A stretch of DNA of 32,000 nt from Promethearchaeota archaeon. Its GTDB lineage: Archaea > Asgardarchaeota > Lokiarchaeia > Sigyniarchaeales > Promethearchaeaceae. Below, piece by piece: positions 24,411-32,000 of the stretch. A program made the position numbers and the translations under genes. The stretch covers positions 30,001 to 62,000 of the forward strand of contig JAFGBS010000028.1 of assembly GCA_016933055.1 (NCBI GenBank), read 5' to 3'. The notes below the pieces were generated by a model. The model had not been told where the DNA came from. It was given only the letters and a program-made list of their open reading frames with translations, and searched no databases. Position 1 is the stretch's first letter, and every line of letters begins with the position of its first letter.

Positions 24411-25660
24411 ATCAAGATCAAATAAATTCCCACGATCCCTCAAAAGGAATTCTTACTATTACACCCGAGGCATTTATTACCTTATTAAAACATGTATTGT
24501 TCCACGTGGATCCTTCTTCACTTCAGCAGTTATCAGTTGGTGGCATTCTTACTGGAGATATTATAGATGAGGACATTATTATAAAGGAAGTCATCCCTTG
24601 TTTTCACGGGCATCAACTTAAAATGGAATTTGTTGACAATTATCAAAAAGTGTTATCCCAAAGAATCCCCAAAAGTGGAAAAGCAATGGGATGGTATTCC
24701 TCCCGCTTAGGAGATAATGTTGAATTTAATCCAAACAATCTTCAAACCCATAGTTTATTCCAGAATATGGAAAATCCTAAAGCCTTCACATTAATCATTG
24801 GTTTGCAAGCAGCAAATGATCTTCCTGTTACTCTCAAAGCATATAGATTTCACGATTTAAAAAATAAAATATTCGATAATATTAAACCACTTTCAATAGT
24901 TGTGCAACCACCTGAATCAATTAACGTGTTTGAGCATATTCAGAAAATAATTGAAGGTTTTCAAGGACAAAAATCGATTCACCAAGATGAAATCCTCTTG
25001 GAAAATGCTCTTAGAGCCCCCATCGGGAATCTCGCTTCTTCTTCACCAGCAGCTCGAATAGTACTCGATAAGTTCAAAAATTCTACCAATACGATTAAAG
25101 AATTTTTACTAGCTAATGAAGCTAAATTATATTCCGTAATAAATTCTATTTTGCGTAATATTCAAGATGGATTTAATTCTGTATTACAAGGAATGCAAAC
25201 TACCTTAAAACAAGAAGCTGAGGTGATAATGGAATCTGTAGAGCAAAATTTTGAAGAAATCCAAAAAGATGGTGATAACTTATCTGTAATCTTAAACCAA
25301 ATGACTGATAAAATCTCTATGGATTATGGTATACTTCTAAAGAATGTCTTAGAGCCTAAATTAAAAGATTTTAAAGACAATCTTGTGGAGATAGTTGAGG
25401 AATCTGCAGATATTGAGCATAAAATCGAATTATTCACAGATTCGGTTAAAGGACAGCAGAATACATTGGAGATATTCAGAAATTCGTTAGAAACAGATAC
25501 CAGTTCAGTTGAGGAAAGCATTAAAGTACTTAAGAAGAAATTAGATGATAAAAACTTGGGAATCAAGAAAACTACGGAAAAATCCATAGATAAAATTCAA
25601 GAAGAAATGAAAAAAATCGAGGAAAGTCTTCAAAAAATAGAAAAAATGATGGAAAACTAA
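24392..25660 (+). CDS. Catalytically inactive MPN- paralogue with long C-terminal coiled coil (probable start GTG 24407)
   Basis: Aligns by eye to the upstream MPN (KHVL, GILTG, GWY, AYRF) but lacks all JAMM ligands. GGAGG SD at 24394-24398 and GTGA start/stop overlap. Confidence 0.8.
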   Translation: MEAETVNQDQINSHDPSKGILTITPEAFITLLKHVLFHVDPSSLQQLSVGGILTGDIIDEDIIIKEVIPCFHGHQLKMEFVDNYQKVLSQRIPKSGKAMGWYSSRLGDNVEFNPNNLQTHSLFQNMENPKAFTLIIGLQAANDLPVTLKAYRFHDLKNKIFDNIKPLSIVVQPPESINVFEHIQKIIEGFQGQKSIHQDEILLENALRAPIGNLASSSPAARIVLDKFKNSTNTIKEFLLANEAKLYSVINSILRNIQDGFNSVLQGMQTTLKQEAEVIMESVEQNFEEIQKDGDNLSVILNQMTDKISMDYGILLKNVLEPKLKDFKDNLVEIVEESADIEHKIELFTDSVKGQQNTLEIFRNSLETDTSSVEESIKVLKKKLDDKNLGIKKTTEKSIDKIQEEMKKIEESLQKIEKMMEN

Positions 25661-25671
25661 TTTCCCATAGA

Positions 25672-27462
25672 TTATTCTACCATCGTTTTGATTTTACCTA
25701 TTTCCTCAATGTATTCTAGAGATTGATGTTTAAAGTAGGTATTGTATAAGTCGGCATATTTTCCTCCTTGTCGCATTAATTCTTCATGATTTCCTTCTTC
25801 CACAATTTTGCCGTTTTCTAATACAATTATCCGGTTGACTTTGCGTACAGTCCAGAGTCGATGAGCGATAATGATTGATGTTCTACCCTGCAGTGTTTGT
25901 TCTAATGCTTCTTGGATTCGAGTTTCGGTGAAAGGGTCAACAGATGCTGTTGCTTCATCTAAAATAAAAATTCGAGGGTCTTTCAATAAGATTCGAGCAA
26001 ACGCCACTAATTGGCGCTGACCCATAGATAAAACTTTTCCTCGTTCCCCTACATCTGTCTCCAATCCATGGGGCAAATCCTCAACCCAGTCCGACCCTCC
26101 TGCGAGTTCCAATGCGTCCATGACTTCCTCTTTTGTAGCATCCAGTTTTCCGTATTTCACATTATTTTCCAAGGTATCTGCCCAAAGAAATGGTGTTTGA
26201 GGGATAAAACCAATCTGAGAACGTAAACATTCTAAGTCAAAATCACGGATATCCACACCATCCATCGTTATGGTCCCTTCTTGAAACTCGTAGTACCTCC
26301 CTAATATTTTTGCTAAAGATGACTTACCCGCACCTGTATGACCAACGATTGCTAAGGATTCACCGGGTTTCACGTTTAAGCAGAAAGTGTCAAATATATT
26401 TGAATTCTCCTTATATCCAAATGTTAAATTGTCGATATCAATGGCACCCTCTTGAATCACACAAATATTTTCTTGTGTTTGGTGAACCTCTCTTTCTGCA
26501 TCAATTAAACTAAATAATCTTTCTGCTGCAGATAATCCAGATTGAAATTGTGGCCAAAAAGCACTTATACTGAACAACGGGAAGAACAATAACCAAATAC
26601 TTTGGATAAATAAATAGAGATTCTGGCTGGATAAGATACCCCCAAAATAGGCAACTGCTGCGATCACTATACCTTGAATTAGAGTGAGGGTGGGGAAAAT
26701 AAAGTTGAGTAATAAAGCTCGGCGCAGGTTAACTCTAAATGATTGTGCATTAACTTCATTAAATTGTTCATACATCTTTTTCTCCTGCCTGAAAGTCTTC
26801 ATTACTTGAATTCCGCTCATGGATTCATTCACAAAAGCATTTACATTACTCAGCGCTTGCTGCCCCTGAAGACTGCGTTTCCTAGCAGCTTTTCGGAAAG
26901 AAAGCGCTGTTATGAGTACTAAGGGAAAAGATGCTAACACAATAAGAGCTAATTTCCAGTTGAAAATGAACATGGGGATAAAAATAATTATAACTACAAG
27001 CAAACTGGATGAACTCTCCATAAGTATGTTTGCCATGTCAGCGAAACTAGTAGTATCTGAGTTGATTCGACTAAGCAATTTTCCTACCGGATATTTATCA
27101 AAAAAGGCCATATCTTGATTGAGTACAGCTTTATGGGCATCCTTTTGCAAATTTAATATCAAATCTCCTATAATCTTAGAGGAGTTGCTCCATTGGACAT
27201 AATTAAGTATATAAGTGAGACCAGTTAACAAAAACAATCCCACTAAAAATACAATTAGTAATGTTTGGTTGTCCTTACCATTTAAAATCAAATCTCCAAT
27301 AAAAGGTACCAATGAGCCCAATAGCGCTGAACAAAATAAACAACCAATAACCAACAGCAATTTTTTTTTAAAAGGGTTGAAATACGGTAATACACGTTGA
27401 ATTAATACTTTATCTGAATATTTTCGATCATAATCCTCATCTCCAAGACCATACCAGACCAT
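25672..27462 (-). CDS. ABC exporter subunit (TMD+NBD), heterodimer chain 2
   Basis: Walker A GHTGAGKS, degenerate signature LSMGQ, Walker B ILDEAT, H-loop IAHRL. Confidence 0.93.
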   Translation of the reverse strand: MVWYGLGDEDYDRKYSDKVLIQRVLPYFNPFKKKLLLVIGCLFCSALLGSLVPFIGDLILNGKDNQTLLIVFLVGLFLLTGLTYILNYVQWSNSSKIIGDLILNLQKDAHKAVLNQDMAFFDKYPVGKLLSRINSDTTSFADMANILMESSSSLLVVIIIFIPMFIFNWKLALIVLASFPLVLITALSFRKAARKRSLQGQQALSNVNAFVNESMSGIQVMKTFRQEKKMYEQFNEVNAQSFRVNLRRALLLNFIFPTLTLIQGIVIAAVAYFGGILSSQNLYLFIQSIWLLFFPLFSISAFWPQFQSGLSAAERLFSLIDAEREVHQTQENICVIQEGAIDIDNLTFGYKENSNIFDTFCLNVKPGESLAIVGHTGAGKSSLAKILGRYYEFQEGTITMDGVDIRDFDLECLRSQIGFIPQTPFLWADTLENNVKYGKLDATKEEVMDALELAGGSDWVEDLPHGLETDVGERGKVLSMGQRQLVAFARILLKDPRIFILDEATASVDPFTETRIQEALEQTLQGRTSIIIAHRLWTVRKVNRIIVLENGKIVEEGNHEELMRQGGKYADLYNTYFKHQSLEYIEEIGKIKTMVE

Positions 27463-29394
27463 TTAAGCATCCTCCTTAATTAGTACTTCTAATGGAACAT
27501 CAAATCGCTTGAGAAATATTTTCCGGTATTCCTCACTCGTTTTTAACAATTCTTTGTGGGTTCCTTGAGCAATAATTTCTCCACGCTTGAATACTAAGAT
27601 CTTATCTGCCCAACGTATCTGAGACAATCTATGAGTAATAATAAAAGTAGTCCTCCCCTCAGCTACTTTTTGCATAGCGTGTTGGATTTTATCCTCCGTA
27701 GCTGAATCGATAGCTGATGTAGAATCATCTAAAATTAAGATTTTGGGATTACTGATAAATGCACGGGCAATGGCTATTCTTTGTCGTTCTCCCCCTGATA
27801 ATTGAACCGAGTCTTCTCCCTCACCTATTTTTGTCTGAAATTCATTTGGATATTTCATAATAAAATCGTACGCTTGAGCATCTTTAGCAGCTTTAACTAC
27901 CTCATCCATAGAGGAAACCCTCCCAAAGCTAATATTTTCGAAGATAGTAGTCGCATAGAGAAACACATCTTGTTCAATATAGGAAATTTGACTTCTCAAT
28001 GATTCCAATGTATATTCTTGCAAAGATCTACCGTCGATAAGGATTTCACCCGTTGTGACATCATATAATCGTGAAACTAGCTTAGTACAAGTAGTTTTTC
28101 CTGATCCCGTTGTTCCCACTATCGCAACAGTTTGCCCTGGTAACACTTCAAAATTCAGATTTTTCAAAACAGCATTTTTTGATTTTGGATAGATAAATGA
28201 TACATTTTCGAATGTGACTTTACCCTTGATTTCCAAACTCTTCCCACGGCTAGTATCCAATTTCTCGGCTTCCTCATTCATCATCTCTAATAAACGTTCA
28301 GACGCGGATTTTGCATACCTCATCACTTGAAAGGTCCATAAGGAAATAAAAGTTGGTCGACGTAAAGACACTAATAAAGACACATACCCAATGATCCCTC
28401 CTATTTCCAATGAATGAGATGTGGGAATGTATCCTAAATTAATCAAAATCCCATGTCCTAACCCAATCACTACAATCAATGACATCATGAGAATTGGGAG
28501 GTATTTAGCTTCAATTATACCTTGCCTTATCAAGGCATCCCGATACGCACGAGTTTTGGATAAATATTTCTTAGTTTCATGTTCTTCAAGTGTTAAGCCT
28601 TTCACAACTTCAATTCCCGATAAAGTTTGGTTCAGAACAGAATTCATCTCACCAAAATTCGTCCGTAAATCGCGCGTAACAGGACCAAGCCTCTTAAAAT
28701 ACTTCTGTACATAAAATATTAGAAATATTAAGAATGCCGTTGGAATAATGGCTAACTGAGGTGGATATTTTAACGCAATGGTTACGATTGGGATAACAAG
28801 AGAAGCAATCGCTTCACCAATTAATGCTAATGCAGGACTGACCATATAATTAAGCATGCGAACGTCATCTGCTGTTCTAGCCATGATCTCTCCAACTTGT
28901 TGTTGATCATGAAAATTCTGACTTTTACCCAATAAATTTAAGTAGAATTCATGCCTTCCGTCCCGTTCCATCCTCTGAGCAAGCAATTCTCGGCTAAAAT
29001 TTCCGACCATTCCGAGTACAGGTCGAATAATACCCCATGCCAAAATTAACAACACATATCGAATTAATCCTTTATATATTGAAGGATCAAAGATGTTTCC
29101 AAAATTTGTGATTACATAATCGACAGCATCTCCAAGCATAACAACAAGTTGCGAAAATGCGATTGTGGAAGTTATCATAAATATTAACCAAAAAATAACG
29201 AGAAATTTGTTCGATTTATGAAATAAATGTTTAATAATCCATCTTGAAGATCCTTTCTTTCGTACTCTTAAGAATGGATCTTCTTCCAAACCGAATTCCA
29301 CTCCTTTTTCGTAATAATCAGGAGGTATTTCCAATTCTTTACCTTGAAATGTCACTACACTAGCCTCAAATATACATGGTGAATTTCGGATCAA
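27463..29394 (-). CDS. ABC exporter subunit (TMD+NBD), heterodimer chain 1
   Basis: Walker A GTTGSGKT, signature LSGGE, degenerate Walker B ILDDST. Its stop abuts the partner ATG (TAAATG) with a GGAGG SD. Confidence 0.93.
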   Translation of the reverse strand: MIRNSPCIFEASVVTFQGKELEIPPDYYEKGVEFGLEEDPFLRVRKKGSSRWIIKHLFHKSNKFLVIFWLIFMITSTIAFSQLVVMLGDAVDYVITNFGNIFDPSIYKGLIRYVLLILAWGIIRPVLGMVGNFSRELLAQRMERDGRHEFYLNLLGKSQNFHDQQQVGEIMARTADDVRMLNYMVSPALALIGEAIASLVIPIVTIALKYPPQLAIIPTAFLIFLIFYVQKYFKRLGPVTRDLRTNFGEMNSVLNQTLSGIEVVKGLTLEEHETKKYLSKTRAYRDALIRQGIIEAKYLPILMMSLIVVIGLGHGILINLGYIPTSHSLEIGGIIGYVSLLVSLRRPTFISLWTFQVMRYAKSASERLLEMMNEEAEKLDTSRGKSLEIKGKVTFENVSFIYPKSKNAVLKNLNFEVLPGQTVAIVGTTGSGKTTCTKLVSRLYDVTTGEILIDGRSLQEYTLESLRSQISYIEQDVFLYATTIFENISFGRVSSMDEVVKAAKDAQAYDFIMKYPNEFQTKIGEGEDSVQLSGGERQRIAIARAFISNPKILILDDSTSAIDSATEDKIQHAMQKVAEGRTTFIITHRLSQIRWADKILVFKRGEIIAQGTHKELLKTSEEYRKIFLKRFDVPLEVLIKEDA

Positions 29395-29469
29395 ATTAAG
29401 AAGTTTGTATTTGGTCTCATTAATAAAAAATGGATTTTAAGTGAAAAAAAGTGTTAAGAAAGGATTTAG

Positions 29470-30804
29470 TTATACTTTGATGTAAATATGATACCTATCC
29501 ATTAACCAAGCAACAAGATACATAATCAGCATAGGCACCAGAAAGGCAATTAATCCCATTAGATCTACCAAAGGGTGTGTCAATTCTGCAACTCCAAATA
29601 ATGAAGCCATTTGGGTCCTAAATGCTAAAGCATCTCCCCATATTTCAGGATAGGTTAGAGTAAAAATCCCTTGAAACAAGAATAAGAATAACGCATTACG
29701 TCCAATATGAGTAAGAGGGGGAATTTTATATTTATAAAAGAACTCGAGTGAAAAAAACACTATAACCAGCAAACAACTGAATGCAATCGCAAGTAATCCC
29801 AATGAAAGATTAATACCATGATGTTCTGCGGTTTGGAAAAAATCTACAATGAAATGCAGCAATCCTGTTATCAGCATAATTGGAATGACTCTTTTCTTAA
29901 ATCCTATAATCTGATCATTGGGATCCATTTGCATCCAATCCCATATACAAGTAGCAGTTATTGCTATTGCTCCCATGGCTAACATATCAAATGGGATGTC
30001 CCATTGTGACCAGAATGCTTGGATTGACGCATTGATTATTGGTTTAAATTCCCACATAATAAAGTGTCCTAGATAGATAATAATTGCTATAATGATACGA
30101 AAATCAGGTTTTTTAATTAAAAATACAAATACTGCTGCAAAAAGAGTACCCCATGCTAAATGTGCTGGTGCTTCTAAGAAAAAAGCACTCCAAAAATAAC
30201 CGGAACCTAAAACTTTAGGAATACGAGCTTGAACACACCATAAACCAATAGAAGACAAAGCCCAAACTACTCCAAAAAGTGGCCGATAGATATTATCTTT
30301 AAATTTTCTCAAATTCCGGAGTACAGCTGCACCAACTGTTATTAAAACCCATATAACTAATGCGATGACTTTAAAGATTGGAAAATCGAAATCCACCGAA
30401 ATTACTTGAGAAATCCAGAAAAATGAAAAAACTCTATGTAACACAGTTAACCAAGCAAAGTGCAACCCTTTTTTTTCAACTTTACTTTTAAAACTAAGAC
30501 TTAGTGAAATTCCTAACATAAACATGAAGATTTGTGAGCCCAAATCGATGATAGTAATAATCACGGGTTGTTGATCATAATACTCCCAACCATGATTCAA
30601 CCAAGTAGGCCCCAAGGGTGGTGTAATAGCAAAATTCTCGGAAGCTAATTCCCAAGTCAAGGATGCGATTACCAAAAACACGATAACCATACCTCTAAAT
30701 TGATCAAGCCAGTCATATCTGGGATGAGTTGATCTCTTAAATTGTCCCTTAGAAATTCCTTCAGTATGAACTTCTTCGGAATTTAATTTTTCGTTTTCAG
30801 GCAT
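29470..30804 (-). CDS. Heparan-alpha-glucosaminide N-acetyltransferase-like (DUF1624/DUF5009) multi-pass membrane protein
   Basis: RYDWLDQFRG, LNHGW...ITIIDL...FMFMLGIS, IGRNALFLF; about 11 TM segments. Confidence 0.75.
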   Translation of the reverse strand: MPENEKLNSEEVHTEGISKGQFKRSTHPRYDWLDQFRGMVIVFLVIASLTWELASENFAITPPLGPTWLNHGWEYYDQQPVIITIIDLGSQIFMFMLGISLSLSFKSKVEKKGLHFAWLTVLHRVFSFFWISQVISVDFDFPIFKVIALVIWVLITVGAAVLRNLRKFKDNIYRPLFGVVWALSSIGLWCVQARIPKVLGSGYFWSAFFLEAPAHLAWGTLFAAVFVFLIKKPDFRIIIAIIIYLGHFIMWEFKPIINASIQAFWSQWDIPFDMLAMGAIAITATCIWDWMQMDPNDQIIGFKKRVIPIMLITGLLHFIVDFFQTAEHHGINLSLGLLAIAFSCLLVIVFFSLEFFYKYKIPPLTHIGRNALFLFLFQGIFTLTYPEIWGDALAFRTQMASLFGVAELTHPLVDLMGLIAFLVPMLIMYLVAWLMDRYHIYIKV

Positions 30805-30927
30805 ATTAAATCACGCAAAAAATATTTTCACTATTCATTCTGATATCATAATAACAATTTTTGTTCAGTGCTGAACTATATAAAGCTTCATTAGGTTGCG
30901 AGAAAAGAGAAAAAAAAGCGAAAAATG

Positions 30928-32000
30928 TTAGAATTTAAGGTAAATCTTGAATCTGTCTAACACCCATGCGATACAAATCAATAGAGCAATCGGAACAAAA
31001 AACAAACCAAGTCCAATAGCATTTCCAAGCAAGCCGGGAAACCGTCTTCGAAAATCGTAAGCATTAAACCAAAAAAATCCGTAAAAAAATAGGTAGATTC
31101 CTTGTAGGAGAAACATTAGCAATGCATTTCGACCAAGTGGAGTAAGAAAGGGCATTTTCGCATCAAAATAGGTATCCCACGCGTAAAACATAATAAGAAA
31201 AAAAATCGCAAAAAAGATGGATAAAGCTGCTAACGAAGCGGTAATCCCATCATGTCGTGCTGGTTGGAGGAAATCAACTACGAAATGGAAACACAGTATG
31301 AATACCCAATAAGGAAGTATACGTTTTTTTATTCCATCTAATTGAGTGGGATAAGACTTGAGTAGCCAATCACTAACGCAAGTGGCTGAAATAGCAATGG
31401 CTGTCATATTGATGATATTAAAGGGAATACCAACGACATCCAAAGGAGTTCCGGGAAGAACTTCAAAAAACCAGTGGGTTGGGTGGGTTAACTTTGTTTT
31501 AGCAAGTTCCCATAATCCGATATGAATAGCGAACAAACCGAATGATGCAAGGATTCGACGATCAGGATTTTTTACAAGAGTCAGAAAAAATACTGCAAAG
31601 AGAGACGCCCATGCTAAATAAGCGAGAGTTTCATTAAAAAAGATAGTCCAGATATTCTCTTCGACAGTAGGGAACCAAATAATAACTGAAAGGACAGACC
31701 AACCTAACATTAAAAGAATTTTTTCATTCGATTTTTTGAATAAGGTTATCCGCAATATAATTGTCAATGTTGTTATAAATATCCAAGATAAAATGCAAAT
31801 TACGTCGAATCGAGTCAATTTCCAATCAGGTAAAATACGGTAGAATATTTTCGTTACTTGGTTTACCCAGAGTAACGCAAAAAATCGAGAAATACCACTT
31901 ACCCATGCATACCATAATCCTATCTTCTTGGATTTGCTATTAAAAGAAATTGCTGAGCTTATACCGAGAACAAACATAAATAAAGATGAACCCATATCGA
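30928..32000 (-). CDS. Tandem paralogue of the HGSNAT-like protein (5'-truncated by window edge)
   Basis: DMGSSLFMFVLGIS, LAYLAWASLF, LGRNALLMF and terminal YLKF parallel 29470-30804; the frame runs off the window. Confidence 0.75.
   Translation of the reverse strand, partial: DMGSSLFMFVLGISSAISFNSKSKKIGLWYAWVSGISRFFALLWVNQVTKIFYRILPDWKLTRFDVICILSWIFITTLTIILRITLFKKSNEKILLMLGWSVLSVIIWFPTVEENIWTIFFNETLAYLAWASLFAVFFLTLVKNPDRRILASFGLFAIHIGLWELAKTKLTHPTHWFFEVLPGTPLDVVGIPFNIINMTAIAISATCVSDWLLKSYPTQLDGIKKRILPYWVFILCFHFVVDFLQPARHDGITASLAALSIFFAIFFLIMFYAWDTYFDAKMPFLTPLGRNALLMFLLQGIYLFFYGFFWFNAYDFRRRFPGLLGNAIGLGLFFVPIALLICIAWVLDRFKIYLKF

Noticed and set aside
776-28714. Numerous 60-150 aa ORFs antisense to or nested in well-supported genes (for example 3493-3951, 4605-4925, 12546-12872, 17111-17419, 28421-28714)
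   Set aside because: Shadow ORFs opposite recognisable protein families, with no motifs of their own.
1-32000. CRISPR array, rRNA, RNase P or SRP RNA, transposase, integrase or reverse transcriptase
   Set aside because: No regularly spaced repeats and no diagnostic conserved motifs seen on either strand.

Overview
AT-rich, gene-dense window. Archaeal markers (Nre DNA-repair protein with a PCNA-binding PIP box, Taw2/Trm5-family tRNA methyltransferase, oligo-T terminators, GGAGG/GGGGGUG Shine-Dalgarno sites) plus eukaryote-like JAMM/MPN proteins suggest an Asgard (Lokiarchaeia/Promethearchaeota-like) archaeon; the taxonomy is inference. About 27 CDS: metabolic enzymes (carB 3' end, Gfo/Idh/MocA, RidA, ThrC, IMPase/FBPase, two alpha/beta hydrolases), a + strand block of lipid/glycan-type enzymes and a transporter (11.5-19.3 kb), SPFH plus HPS-like genes, a heterodimeric ABC exporter and two HGSNAT-like paralogues. 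I saw no CRISPR array, tRNA/rRNA, transposase or integrase. The three strongest leads are: (1) a translationally coupled tandem pair of an active JAMM (MPN+) and a catalytically dead (MPN-) protein, both with long coiled-coil tails, resembling eukaryotic Rpn11/Rpn8, CSN5/CSN6 and BRCC36/Abraxas heterodimers; (2) two diverged copies of an unannotated structured RNA-like element in the intergenic regions near 6.3 kb and 9.6 kb, the first followed by a further heavily base-paired module; (3) a CWH43/PGAP2IP-like membrane EEP protein within the lipid block. A zinc-ribbon C-terminus hidden by a frameshift was also found at 456-539.
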